From the NCBI GenBank assembly GCA_938074435.1, contig CALJEH010000090.1:1-52439 (forward strand): a DNA stretch of 52,439 bases, given 5' to 3'. Below are positions 15,257 through 24,849 of this stretch, one piece after another (position 1 is the stretch's first letter; each line of letters begins with the position of its first letter). The position numbers were made by a program, and so were the translations under genes. The notes beneath the pieces are model-generated. The model saw only the letters and a list, made by a program, of their open reading frames with translations. It was not told the DNA's origin and did no database searches. Origin of the DNA: an uncultured Alphaproteobacteria bacterium. GTDB lineage: Bacteria; Pseudomonadota; Alphaproteobacteria; Rhizobiales; TMED25.

Positions 15257-16636
15257 TCAAATCATTTTTTTAGGATCAACCAATTCATCAAAGCTTTCTT
15301 CATCTATATATCCAGATTTTATTGCTTCTTCTTTGAGAGTAGTATTATTTTTGTGCGCTTTTTTTGCAAGTTCTGCAGCTTTATCGTAGCCAATATTAGG
15401 AGCTAAAGCGGTAACTAGCATAAGAGATCTATCAACATTCGCTTTTATATTGTCTTCACGTGGCTCAAGACCATCTAAACAATTTATTTCAAACGATTTA
15501 ACTGCGTCAGACATTAATTTAACTGATTGAAGGAAATTATAAGCCATCATGGGATTATATACGTTTAATTGGAAATGTCCTTGACTGCCAGCCATGGAAA
15601 TTCCAGTATTATTTCCAAAAATGTGGATACAAACTTGTGTTAATGATTCACATTGTGTTGGGTTTACTTTCCCAGGCATGATGGATGAGCCTGGTTCATT
15701 TTCTGGCAATGACAATTCACCTAGGCCAGCGCGTGGACCACTCCCAAGAAATCTTATATCATTGGCGATTTTGAATAGCGATGCAGCCACAGTATTAATA
15801 GCACCATGAGCCATAATCATCGCGTCATGCGCCGATAATGCTTCGAATTTATTTAGAGCAGTTGTAAAATTCTTATTTGTTAACTTAGATATTTCTCTTG
15901 CTATTTTTTCACCAAAATCTTTTGGTGCATTTAAACCCGTGCCAACAGCCGTACCACCCTGCGCAAGTTCCATTAATCTTGGCAATGTATTTTCAATTCT
16001 CTCTATTCCAAATTCAATTTGTTTTGCATAGCCTGAGAACTCTTGACCCAAAGTTAATGGTGTTGCGTCTTGTGTGTGTGTTCGACCAATTTTAATAATA
16101 TCATGCCATTTTTTTGATTTTTCATCTAATTTTTTTACGAATGATCTGAGATTGGGTATGAGTTGATCAATTATCTCTGTAGCACATGCAATATGCATTG
16201 CTGTTGGGTATGTGTCATTTGATGACTGGGACATATTGCAATGGTCATTTGGGTGCACAGGGGATTTTGATCCAATTTTACCTCCCATTATTTCTATTGC
16301 TCTGTTGGAGATCACCTCATTAGCATTCATGTTAGATTGAGTGCCTGATCCAGTTTGCCAAACAACAAGCGGAAAGTGATCATTCAGTTTGCCATCAATG
16401 ACTTCCTGTGCTGCTTTTATGATATTTTGTCCAATAGTTTTGTCCAGTTTTTTATAATCCATATTCACTTTTGCAGCTGCAGCTTTTACAACACCCAAAG
16501 CTTTTATTATTGAACTTGGTTGCTTTTCCCAGCCAATTTTAAAGTTTTGGATGGATCTTTGTGACTGCGCTCCCCAATACCTATCGTTATCAACTTCTAT
16601 TTCACCAAAGGTATCGGTTTCAATTCTTTTTTTCAT
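15257..16636 (-). CDS. fumC: Class II fumarate hydratase
   Basis: [20 protein letters not shown], signature [13 protein letters not shown]. Confidence 0.98.
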   Translation of the reverse strand: MKKRIETDTFGEIEVDNDRYWGAQSQRSIQNFKIGWEKQPSSIIKALGVVKAAAAKVNMDYKKLDKTIGQNIIKAAQEVIDGKLNDHFPLVVWQTGSGTQSNMNANEVISNRAIEIMGGKIGSKSPVHPNDHCNMSQSSNDTYPTAMHIACATEIIDQLIPNLRSFVKKLDEKSKKWHDIIKIGRTHTQDATPLTLGQEFSGYAKQIEFGIERIENTLPRLMELAQGGTAVGTGLNAPKDFGEKIAREISKLTNKNFTTALNKFEALSAHDAMIMAHGAINTVAASLFKIANDIRFLGSGPRAGLGELSLPENEPGSSIMPGKVNPTQCESLTQVCIHIFGNNTGISMAGSQGHFQLNVYNPMMAYNFLQSVKLMSDAVKSFEINCLDGLEPREDNIKANVDRSLMLVTALAPNIGYDKAAELAKKAHKNNTTLKEEAIKSGYIDEESFDELVDPKKMI

Positions 16637-16655
16637 TTTTGCCTCATAATTTCAT

Positions 16656-17159
16656 TTATTTTTTAAATTCACTTAAAGAAACAATTTCTGCGGATCTTTT
16701 GTTCTCAGGTGTTATTCTTTTTTTTTGCATAGATGTTTCTCTATTGCCTATATTTGTTTTGTTCTCATCATTTTTGTTTTTTGTATTTGTAGTTACTTCA
16801 TTTTGTGCAAGAAAATCAATTCCAAAATTAACTGCTGGATCGTAAAAGCTTGAAATGGCTCCATATGGGATAGTAATTTTCTCAGGTATATTGTCAAAAT
16901 GAAGCGTTACCGAAAAATAATTTTCTTTTATTTCGAGATCTTGGAATTGATGTTGAAGCACTATAGTCATTTTATCCAGGAATTTTTCTTTTAATTTTGC
17001 AGGGATAATTACGTCTTTATTTTTCGTACTGAATGTTATGTAAAGATGATGTTCCCCTGGGATATGATTACTGTCTTTAATGAATGATAACACATCAATG
17101 AAAACATTAATCATTGCTTTATTCATTAGTTTATTATAACCAATCAAATCAGAATTCAT
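16656..17159 (-). CDS. sspB: ClpXP adaptor SspB (alphaproteobacterial type)
   Basis: PGEHHLYITF.T, MTIVLQHQF, FYDPAVNFG, C-terminal EIVSLSEFKK; immediately downstream of ssrA. Confidence 0.93.
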   Translation of the reverse strand: MNSDLIGYNKLMNKAMINVFIDVLSFIKDSNHIPGEHHLYITFSTKNKDVIIPAKLKEKFLDKMTIVLQHQFQDLEIKENYFSVTLHFDNIPEKITIPYGAISSFYDPAVNFGIDFLAQNEVTTNTKNKNDENKTNIGNRETSMQKKRITPENKRSAEIVSLSEFKK

Positions 17160-17391
17160 GTGCTACACCATCGAAATTCTTTTAATTATTAAACAAAATT
17201 TCTTAAATTTAAATCATATATTTTTTTTAATCAGTGAAAAAATTGATAAATTCTACGCATTGACCATAACAAAAAATAACTTTGATGTAATTATTTGGTG
17301 GAGGTAAAAAGGGGCGTTCTGTTGCCAGGTGCCCCCATACCCCGCCTTGGCTTGCTAGAGACAAGGGCTTAAGTTTCGGTGCTCAAGCTGA

Positions 17392-17430
17392 CTATGCAGC
17401 TACTGCGACCGGAGCATAGTTGTCATTTGC
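17392..17430 (-). other. tmRNA proteolysis tag frame (A)ANDNYAPVAVAA*
   Basis: ATAGTT-GCA resume context; GCA AAT GAC AAC TAT GCT CCG GTC GCA GTA GCT GCA TAG. Confidence 0.95.
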
Positions 17431-17526
17431 AACTATAAGTTTAGCCCGATAACGGTGGTACTATACCGAGTAAAAGGTAGCCTTTTACGCTCTCGTCGAT
17501 CCTATTTCGCCCCCATCATAAATACA

Positions 17527-17676
17527 CTATTTGATTAGCTCTAATTTCTCCTGCCAAGCGTCTATGGAAATATCTTTTAGTTCCATTTCTTGGAGCATAA
17601 GAACACCTAAGAACGCCAAAATAACAATTACCTCTAATCCAATAGCGATTTTAATAATATCTTTTATTTTTTGCAT
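17527..17676 (-). CDS. 49-aa single-TM peptide inside the tmRNA intervening segment: MQKIKDIIKIAIGLEVIVILAFLGVLMLQEMELKDISIDAWQEKLELIK
   Basis: AAAGGT RBS, then AATAGA, then ATG; ORF fills 150 of the 184 nt; basic N-terminus, ~19-aa hydrophobic segment, charged tail. Confidence 0.7.
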   Translation of the reverse strand: MQKIKDIIKIAIGLEVIVILAFLGVLMLQEMELKDISIDAWQEKLELIK

Positions 17677-17771
17677 TCTATTACCTTTAATGTATTTATG
17701 GTGGAGGCGCCGGGTACCGCCCCCGGGTCCGATAAGTTTATTTTGACGCCAATTTATTACCATAGCTCGAA

Positions 17772-17791
17772 AGCACTATTATAATAGTGCT
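17772..17791. promoter_or_regulatory. Perfect 20-bp palindrome with TATAAT on both strands, between ssrA and thyA
   Basis: AGCACTATTA-TAATAGTGCT. Confidence 0.6.
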
Positions 17792-17868
17792 AATTAACAT
17801 CTAAAGAAAGTCTATAATAAAATTATTTCTCACTTCATATAGCGCAATGAATCAGTCATAATTTACCA

Positions 17869-18663
17869 ATGCTAGATTATTTAGAACTTTTGGACCATAT
17901 TTTACAAAACGGTGAGAGTAAAAATGATAGAACAGGCACCGGTACCTTATCAATATTTGGTTACCAGATGCGTTTTGATTTATCAAAAGGGTTCCCATTG
18001 GTAACAACGAAAAAGCTGCACATCAGGTCAATAGTTTATGAATTACTTTGGTTTTTATCTGGAGATACTAATATCAGATACTTAAATGATAATGGCGTAT
18101 CGATCTGGAATGAATGGGCAGATAATAATGGTGATTTAGGTCCTGTCTATGGCAAGCAATGGCGTTCTTGGTCTGCACCTAACAATGAAACTATTGATCA
18201 AATTTCGAATTTATTAGTAAATATTAGAGAAAATCCAGACTCAAGGCGTCATATTATATCTGCATGGAATGTCAGCGATGTAGAAAATATGGCGCTTCCT
18301 CCTTGTCATTGTTTATTTCAGTTTTATGTATCAAATAATAAGCTGAGTTGCCACTTATACCAGAGGTCAGCAGATGTATTTCTGGGTGTGCCATTTAATA
18401 TTGCATCGTATGCGCTTTTAACACACATGATTGCACATGTATCCAATTTAAATGTTGGTGATTTTGTTCATACTTTTGGTGACGCTCATATATATACAAA
18501 CCATATTGAGCAAGTTAAATTGCAACTCCAAAGAAAACCGATGAATTTACCAAAAATAGAGCTAAATAGTAGTGTAAATAATTTATTTGATTTCCAATAT
18601 GAAGATATCAAAATAATTGATTATCAGTCTCATCCGCACATTAAAGCAAAAGTTGCCGTATGA
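17869..18663 (+). CDS. thyA: Thymidylate synthase
   Basis: [37 protein letters not shown]. Confidence 0.99.
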   Translation: MLDYLELLDHILQNGESKNDRTGTGTLSIFGYQMRFDLSKGFPLVTTKKLHIRSIVYELLWFLSGDTNIRYLNDNGVSIWNEWADNNGDLGPVYGKQWRSWSAPNNETIDQISNLLVNIRENPDSRRHIISAWNVSDVENMALPPCHCLFQFYVSNNKLSCHLYQRSADVFLGVPFNIASYALLTHMIAHVSNLNVGDFVHTFGDAHIYTNHIEQVKLQLQRKPMNLPKIELNSSVNNLFDFQYEDIKIIDYQSHPHIKAKVAV

Positions 18664-19169
18664 TGTTAATTTCACTAATTGTTGCACACTCCGCAAATAG
18701 AGCTATTGGTATAAATGGTCAATTACCCTGGCACATACCTGATGACCTTAGGTACTTCAAAGCAATAACTACTGGCAAACCTATAATCATGGGAAGAAAG
18801 ACATTTGAGTCAATTGGGAAGCCGCTACCTGAAAGATTAAATATAGTCATTACAACAAATGTTGATCTTACAATTGAGAACTGTTTGGTAGTTAATAATT
18901 TAGAAAATGCAATTTTGGAAGCACAAAATTTTTATAAAACTAAGGCAACCGAACAAAAAGAAATATTTATTATCGGTGGTGCTCAAATTTTTAAACAATC
19001 GATGAAATTTGCAAACAGAATATATATAACAGAGATTCATACAGAATATGCAGGAGATGTGTTCTTTGAAGAATTAAGAAGTGACGATTGGGTAGAGGTC
19101 AGCAGAGATATACATAATTCTGAAAATGATATAATTCCATTTTCTTTTGTTTTATATGAAAAAAAATAG
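18660..19169 (+). CDS. folA: Dihydrofolate reductase
   Basis: [40 protein letters not shown]; coupled to thyA. Confidence 0.97.
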   Translation: MMLISLIVAHSANRAIGINGQLPWHIPDDLRYFKAITTGKPIIMGRKTFESIGKPLPERLNIVITTNVDLTIENCLVVNNLENAILEAQNFYKTKATEQKEIFIIGGAQIFKQSMKFANRIYITEIHTEYAGDVFFEELRSDDWVEVSRDIHNSENDIIPFSFVLYEKK

Positions 19170-19273
19170 AAATATTTATTTAGATCTATTTTTGTTGAAA
19201 GACTTTAAATTAATTTACAGAGTTACTATCTTATAATAGGGTGATCTGTAATAATTCAAGAGGAAAACTATTA

Positions 19274-20374
19274 ATGTCATGGGACAACAACAATAATAAC
19301 GGTCCATGGGGTAAAGGACCAAGCGGTGGTAATTTTGACAATAATGATTTAGATAAATTAATCACTAATTTAAAAAATAGCTTTGGTAGATTTTCACCAA
19401 AATCACCAAATGGAAAAGTAAGTAAAAAGAACTGGGTATTAATCGTATTAATTGCTTTAGCAATTTGGGGCGCCACAGGTGTATATAGAGTGCAACCTGA
19501 TGAACAAGGTATAGTACTCCGTTTTGGTGAATACATTCGTTCAACTTCAGATGGTCTTCATTACCATCTTCCATTTCCAATTGAAACAGTTTTAAAGCCT
19601 AAAGTTACAAGAGAAAATCAAGTAGAAGTTGGAATAAGGACATCAAGTCAGGCTGCGGTTGGAAGAGGTACGGTTGGTAGAGATGTTCCTGAGGAAAGTC
19701 TAATGCTAACAGGCGATGAAAATATTGTTGATGTGGACTTCTCAGTTCAATGGGTAATTAATGATGCAGCTGATTTCCTATTCAACATTGAAAATCAAGA
19801 GTCTACTGTTAAGGCAGTGGCAGAAAGTGCTATGAGAGAAATAGTAGGCGGCGCAGATCTTGAACAGATCCTCACTCAAGGAAGAGAAAGAAATGAATCA
19901 GCAGTTCGAGACTTGATGCAGAAAACACTAGATGAGTATGGTGCTGGTATCTTGATAAGACGTGTTCAACTTCAAAAAGTAGATCCACCTTCTGCGGTCA
20001 TTGATGCATTCAGAGATGTTCAAGCTGCACGAGCTGATCAGGAGAGACTGAGAAATGAAGCTGAAGCATACTCAAATAGAATTATTCCAGCTGCAAGAGG
20101 GGAGGCTGCTCAATTAACAGAAGCCGCAGCAGCATATAAAAATTCAGTCATAGCCGATGCAGAAGGTCAAGCTTCAAGATTTAACGCAATATATGAAGAA
20201 TATTCGAAAGCTCCTGAAGTTACAAGATATCGTATGTATTTAGAAACAATCGAGAGAGTTTATGCTGGAATGGACAAGATAATCATTGATCAAAGTGGTG
20301 AAAGTTCAAATGTTGTTCCATATTTACCTTTGGATCAATTACAAAAGAAACAAGATAATGGGGCGAATCAATGA
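19274..20374 (+). CDS. hflK: FtsH protease modulator HflK (ATG 19274 preferred over GTG 19241)
   Basis: MSWDNNNNNGPWG N-terminus with GAGGA RBS; SPFH domain, MLTGDENIVDV, R.RMYLET. Confidence 0.97.
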   Translation: MSWDNNNNNGPWGKGPSGGNFDNNDLDKLITNLKNSFGRFSPKSPNGKVSKKNWVLIVLIALAIWGATGVYRVQPDEQGIVLRFGEYIRSTSDGLHYHLPFPIETVLKPKVTRENQVEVGIRTSSQAAVGRGTVGRDVPEESLMLTGDENIVDVDFSVQWVINDAADFLFNIENQESTVKAVAESAMREIVGGADLEQILTQGRERNESAVRDLMQKTLDEYGAGILIRRVQLQKVDPPSAVIDAFRDVQAARADQERLRNEAEAYSNRIIPAARGEAAQLTEAAAAYKNSVIADAEGQASRFNAIYEEYSKAPEVTRYRMYLETIERVYAGMDKIIIDQSGESSNVVPYLPLDQLQKKQDNGANQ

Positions 20375-21249
20375 TTAAGAAAATTGGAATAACTGGACTT
20401 ATAATTTTAGTCATCGCTTCTGTTTTTGTATTTCTTAGTGCTGCATTTACAGTGCATCAAACACAACAAGCATTAATACTCAGGTTTGGTGAAGCAATTA
20501 GAATCGTAACAGAACCAGGTTTACACTTCAAAATGCCAATTGCGGATGATGCAGTGTATATAGATAAGAGAATTTTAGACTTGGATTCTGAATCACAAGA
20601 GGTAATTGCATCTGATCAAAAAAGATTGGTCGTTGACGCATATTCTAGATACAAAATAACTGATGCATTAAAATATTATCAATCTGTACAGACATCAACT
20701 AGAGCCAATGCTAGACTTTCCCAAATTTTAAATTCTGCTGTTCGTAGGGTATTAGGTGAATCTACATTTGAAGAAATTGTAAGAGATAAGCGTCCTGAAC
20801 TTATGAAAATTATAACTGAACAAGTAAATAATGAAGCCGCTGCTCTTGGAATGTCAATAGTTGATGTGCGTATTAGACGTGCTGATTTGCCAGAGGCAAA
20901 CAGTCAAGCCGTTTACATGCGTATGCAAACAGCTAGATCAAAAGAGGCAAATGATATAAGGGCTAGAGGTCAAGAACAAGCAAAGATTATCACATCAAGA
21001 TCTGACAAAGAGGCGAAGATAATTATAGCAGAAGCAAATAAAATATCTGAAATTACTCGTGGTGAAGGTGATGCTGGAAGAAATAAAATCTATGCTGAAT
21101 CTTATGGACAGGATCCAGAGTTTTTTAAATTTTATAGATCAATGGTTGCTTATGAAGAGAGTCTTAAATCTGGTGATACAAGATTAGTTATTTCACCTGA
21201 CACTGACTTCTTTTCTTATTTTAAAGACCCGCTTGGCTCAAATAAATAA
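20371..21249 (+). CDS. hflC: FtsH protease modulator HflC
   Basis: SPFH domain, DVRIRRADLP, DPEFFKFYRSM.AY. Confidence 0.97.
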   Translation: MIKKIGITGLIILVIASVFVFLSAAFTVHQTQQALILRFGEAIRIVTEPGLHFKMPIADDAVYIDKRILDLDSESQEVIASDQKRLVVDAYSRYKITDALKYYQSVQTSTRANARLSQILNSAVRRVLGESTFEEIVRDKRPELMKIITEQVNNEAAALGMSIVDVRIRRADLPEANSQAVYMRMQTARSKEANDIRARGQEQAKIITSRSDKEAKIIIAEANKISEITRGEGDAGRNKIYAESYGQDPEFFKFYRSMVAYEESLKSGDTRLVISPDTDFFSYFKDPLGSNK

Positions 21250-21428
21250 TGGAAATATTTATTCTTGCACTTGCAATTTTCTTATTGTTTGAAGGAGCAA
21301 TGTATGCATTTTTTCCTGAACAAACAAAAAAGATACTATCAACCTTAATGGCAATGGACCCTAATAACCTCAGAGTATTTGGTTTGGTCATGGTCTCTAT
21401 CGGCGTATTATTGTTATGGATAGTATGA
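21249..21428 (+). CDS. DUF2065 (YjeT-like) small membrane protein, 59 aa (not in ORF track)
   Basis: MEIFILALAIFLLFEGAMYAFFP...LRVFGLVMVSIGVLLLWIV; TAATG overlap with hflC stop; conserved position after hflC. Confidence 0.9.
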   Translation: MEIFILALAIFLLFEGAMYAFFPEQTKKILSTLMAMDPNNLRVFGLVMVSIGVLLLWIV

Positions 21429-21497
21429 GAACATAATTTTGACAAAATCTTTTAATATTTTTAGCTATAAAATATCTGTGAAAGGATTAATTATACA

Positions 21498-22934
21498 ATG
21501 TTTACCCGCAAGCAATCATTATTTTATATAACAATTTTTACTTTTTTATTAACTTTTCCAGTAGGTGCTAAAGCCTACCCAGATTTTTCGGAGATAGCAA
21601 GTAAGTATGCTGACTCAGTCGTAAATATTTCAACAAAGCAGACGGTCAATAATAATGAAATGTTTCAAGGACTAGATCCTGATGAAATTCCTGATGTTTT
21701 TAGGGATTGGTATGAAAAAAATAAGAACTCACAACAACAGCAAGTACCCAGTTCTTTGGGCTCAGGATTTGTAATAGATGATGATGGGATCATTTTAACA
21801 AATGCTCATGTAATACAAAATGCAGACGAAATAGATGTAATATTTTCAGATGGAATTGTTTTACCAGCTGAGCTGTTAGGTAAAGATACTAAAACAGATT
21901 TAGCAGTGCTCAGAATTGATCCAGAGCCAGGTCAAGAATTGCTAGCTTTAGAGTTTGGTGACTCAGATAATATAAAAGTAGGGGAATGGGTTATGGCTAT
22001 AGGGAACCCTTTTGGATTAGGTGGAACTGTCACAGCAGGTATTGTATCAGCTAAAAACAGAGATATAAGATCAGGTCCATATGATAACTTTATCCAGACA
22101 GATGCAGCAATCAACAGAGGTAATAGTGGTGGACCATTATTCAGTGCTGATGGTAAAGTTGTCGGCATAAACTCTGCAATTATATCAACTACAGGTGGAT
22201 CAGTTGGTATTGGATTCGCTATCCCTTCTAATACAGCAACATCTGTCATAGATCAACTTATTGAATATGGAGAAACTAGACGTGGATGGTTGGGTGTTCG
22301 AATTCAAGAGGTATCAGATGATATCGCACAAAGCTTGGGATTAGATGAATCAAGGGGTGCATTGGTTGTTGCAGTTGATGAAAGTGGTCCAGCTAAGCCA
22401 GCAGGCATTAAATCCGGGGATGTGATTCTTAATTTTGATAATCAACCTATTAACACAATGAGAGAATTACCGCGAATTGTTGCTGAAACAAAAATTGGGA
22501 AAAAAGTAAAAGTTGAAGTTTGGAGGAATAATAATTCTATAACAAAGTATGTTGTCATAGATAGGCTTAATGAAGGTGACATAATTGCATCAATCGAAGA
22601 TGAACCAGTTACAAATTCAGCCAGCTCCACAAGCTTAGATCTAGGATTTTCTCTAAGTACACTTTCTGATGATTTATCAAAAAAATATAATTTGAATGAT
22701 AAGCAAAAGGGACTAGTTGTAACAGAAATTGATTCACAATCAGATGCTTTTATAAGGGGTCTTCGTGAAGGAGATCTCATAAACATTATAAATGAGCAAG
22801 ACCTGTATAGTGTGGATCAATTTCTAAGAATCATAGAAAAATATCGTAGGGCTGATAGAGACCTAATGCTCATTAAAGCTATACGCGGTCAAAATATGAT
22901 AAGAGTTTTTCCAATAAAAGTATCAAACGACTAA
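21498..22934 (+). CDS. degP: Do/DegP-family periplasmic serine endoprotease with two PDZ domains
   Basis: Signal peptide, SLGSGF, LTNAHV, TDLA, IQTDAAINRGNSGG, RGWLGV. Confidence 0.93.
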   Translation: MFTRKQSLFYITIFTFLLTFPVGAKAYPDFSEIASKYADSVVNISTKQTVNNNEMFQGLDPDEIPDVFRDWYEKNKNSQQQQVPSSLGSGFVIDDDGIILTNAHVIQNADEIDVIFSDGIVLPAELLGKDTKTDLAVLRIDPEPGQELLALEFGDSDNIKVGEWVMAIGNPFGLGGTVTAGIVSAKNRDIRSGPYDNFIQTDAAINRGNSGGPLFSADGKVVGINSAIISTTGGSVGIGFAIPSNTATSVIDQLIEYGETRRGWLGVRIQEVSDDIAQSLGLDESRGALVVAVDESGPAKPAGIKSGDVILNFDNQPINTMRELPRIVAETKIGKKVKVEVWRNNNSITKYVVIDRLNEGDIIASIEDEPVTNSASSTSLDLGFSLSTLSDDLSKKYNLNDKQKGLVVTEIDSQSDAFIRGLREGDLINIINEQDLYSVDQFLRIIEKYRRADRDLMLIKAIRGQNMIRVFPIKVSND

Positions 22935-23809
22935 TATATGATATCGGCCTCTTTTAGGCCGATAAAAAATAAGATGCTCGATAGATTTGTGTTATTAATC
23001 TGCGCGTTTGCTCTATTTTTTAATATATTCTTCCCGTAATATGAAACGCCGAGTGCTGAATTACTAATCATCTCAACATCGTTTGCACCATCACCAACAG
23101 AGACCACATCATGTCTATTAATATTCAACTTTTGAGTTATCTTATCTAAGATGTATCTTTTTCCTTTACCATCTATGACTGGGGGGAAAATCTTTCCAGT
23201 GATTATGTTGTCTAGAATTTCAAGCTTATTCGCATAGTTCTCTCTAAAACCAAGTTTCTTTGATAATTTATCAGTAAAGTATGTAAAACCACCTGATACA
23301 AGAACTGTATATATATCCCTCTTACAAAGATTTTTAAGAAGTATCTCGGCTCCATCATTTAGCTCAATATTTAAGTAAATTTTATCAAGCACATTAGCAT
23401 CCATACCCTTTAATAAACCAACTCTTTCAATAAATGCTTCTGTGAAACTTATCTCACCATTCATTGATTTTTCTGTAATTAGACTGACCTCTTCGCGCAC
23501 ACCAGCATAATGAGCCAATTCATCGATACACTCTTGTTTGATGATTGTTGAGTCCATATCAGAGAGGAAAAGTTTTTTATTTCTATTCAGAGTTTCCTGA
23601 ATTGCCCAATCAAACTTGTTTTGATCAAGGTATATGAATAAGTTTGGATCTATTTTTGCTGTTTTATCTTCAAAGTATAGGTCACACGCTAACTCCCTTT
23701 TTAACCATGTATTTGTTGTCTTTGTATTTATCAAGTCTTGAATTGCTTCAAAACTATTATTTGATATTATATTATTTTCATTAGATACAATGGTAAGTAC
23801 TTTTTTCAT
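22931..23809 (-). CDS. serB: Phosphoserine phosphatase
   Basis: HAD motifs DMDSTII.QECIDELA, LVSGGF, VGDGAND. Confidence 0.95.
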   Translation of the reverse strand: MKKVLTIVSNENNIISNNSFEAIQDLINTKTTNTWLKRELACDLYFEDKTAKIDPNLFIYLDQNKFDWAIQETLNRNKKLFLSDMDSTIIKQECIDELAHYAGVREEVSLITEKSMNGEISFTEAFIERVGLLKGMDANVLDKIYLNIELNDGAEILLKNLCKRDIYTVLVSGGFTYFTDKLSKKLGFRENYANKLEILDNIITGKIFPPVIDGKGKRYILDKITQKLNINRHDVVSVGDGANDVEMISNSALGVSYYGKNILKNRANAQINNTNLSSILFFIGLKEADIIY

Positions 23810-23837
23810 TTTTTCATTTATTAAGAGATCACGGTAG

Positions 23838-24734
23838 ATGTCAAATTATAACTCAATACTTATATCAGGTCCAACAGCATCTGGTAAATCAAAATTAGCA
23901 ATGGATATTGCAGCAAAAATTGGCGGAGTTGTTATCAATGCTGACTCTATGCAAATATATAATACAATTTCATTAATCACAGCAAGACCATCAGTTAAGG
24001 ATATGGATATGATTCCACATTTTCTATATGGGTATATTGATCCAAAAATTCGATATTCAGTTGGTGAATGGGTTGGCGATATTGAGCCTCTCATAAATTT
24101 TTTAAATAAAATTCATAAGATTCCTGTAATTGTAGGCGGAACAGGATTGTATTTTTCAGGTTTATTTGGCGAAATTTCTGAAATACCTCAGATTAGTGCA
24201 AAAACTAGATCAAAATGGGAGGATATAAAAAAGCAAAAAGGTACGGAGGCATTATTTCAAAAACTCAAAGAGTTAGACCCAAAGTCTGCAGCTATAACTA
24301 ATTCAACAGATACGACCAGAATTATTCGCGCAATAGAAGTTTTTGATGATACAGGTAAATCAATTAGAGACTGGCAAGCGTTACCTGGCAAAACAATTAT
24401 AAATAAATCTTTGTCAAAAATGATTTATCTATGCCCACCAAGAGATGTTATTAATAACAACATAATAAAAAGAACCAAAGAAATTATAGTTAATAATCAA
24501 CTTTATGAGGAAATAAAGCTATTGAGCAGTCAAAAAATATCAAACTCATGCCCCATTATGAAAGCAATTGGTGTAAAGGATACCATTGCTTACTTAGATG
24601 GAGAAATTTCTATTGAAATACTAAATGATAGAATTATTACAAATACAAAAAAATATGTAAAAAGACAACTGACATGGGCTAGAAGAAAAATGATAGATTG
24701 GGAATGGATTGATGAACCTAAATATTTTCTTTGA
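23838..24734 (+). CDS. miaA: tRNA dimethylallyltransferase
   Basis: GPTASGKS, INADSMQIY, VGGTGLY, KRQLTW. Confidence 0.97.
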   Translation: MSNYNSILISGPTASGKSKLAMDIAAKIGGVVINADSMQIYNTISLITARPSVKDMDMIPHFLYGYIDPKIRYSVGEWVGDIEPLINFLNKIHKIPVIVGGTGLYFSGLFGEISEIPQISAKTRSKWEDIKKQKGTEALFQKLKELDPKSAAITNSTDTTRIIRAIEVFDDTGKSIRDWQALPGKTIINKSLSKMIYLCPPRDVINNNIIKRTKEIIVNNQLYEEIKLLSSQKISNSCPIMKAIGVKDTIAYLDGEISIEILNDRIITNTKKYVKRQLTWARRKMIDWEWIDEPKYFL

Positions 24735-24801
24735 GCGGAAACAAAAAAATTGATTAATTTTTTTTTTGTAATATATTATAAATGTTTAATTTGGAAAATT
24801 A

Positions 24802-24849
24802 ATGTTTTACTTAAATAATAAACTGCTGGTCGTCTTATGTATCACCTGA
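24802..24849 (+). CDS. ilv leader peptide MFYLNNKLLVVLCIT
   Basis: Run of Leu/Val/Ile codons CTG CTG GTC GTC TTA TGT ATC upstream of a pause hairpin and terminator; promoter-like TTGATT-N18-TATTAT at 24750-24779. Confidence 0.8.
   Translation: MFYLNNKLLVVLCIT

Larger units (their letters stand above)
17305..17774 (-). ncRNA. ssrA: Circularly permuted two-piece tmRNA gene: acceptor piece ~17774-17699, intervening segment 17698-17515, coding piece 17514-~17305 (outer ends approximate)
   Basis: Acceptor piece ends GGACCCGGGGGCGGTACCCGGCGCCTCCACCA; coding piece starts GGGGGCGAAATAGGATCGAC; stem GGGGGCG/CGCCTCC has the G3-U70 alanine determinant; tag frame present; 3' motif GGGGGCACCTGGCAACAGAACGCCCC. 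Confidence 0.96.

Noticed and set aside
17699..17732. Apparent tRNA fragment or prophage att site
   Set aside because: It is the T arm and CCA of the permuted tmRNA; its partner strand is at 17508-17514.
17531..17746. 71-aa plus-strand ORF antisense to ssrA
   Set aside because: Shadow of the minus-strand ORF and acceptor piece; non-ATG start, no RBS.
17527..17763. 78-aa version of the tmRNA-internal ORF starting at ATG 17763
   Set aside because: The first 29 codons run through the tmRNA acceptor piece (T arm and CCA), which is constrained as RNA, and there is no clear RBS. ATG 17676 has an RBS and lies wholly in the intervening segment.
21221..21445. 74-aa minus-strand ORF
   Set aside because: Antisense to the recognisable DUF2065 gene on the plus strand.
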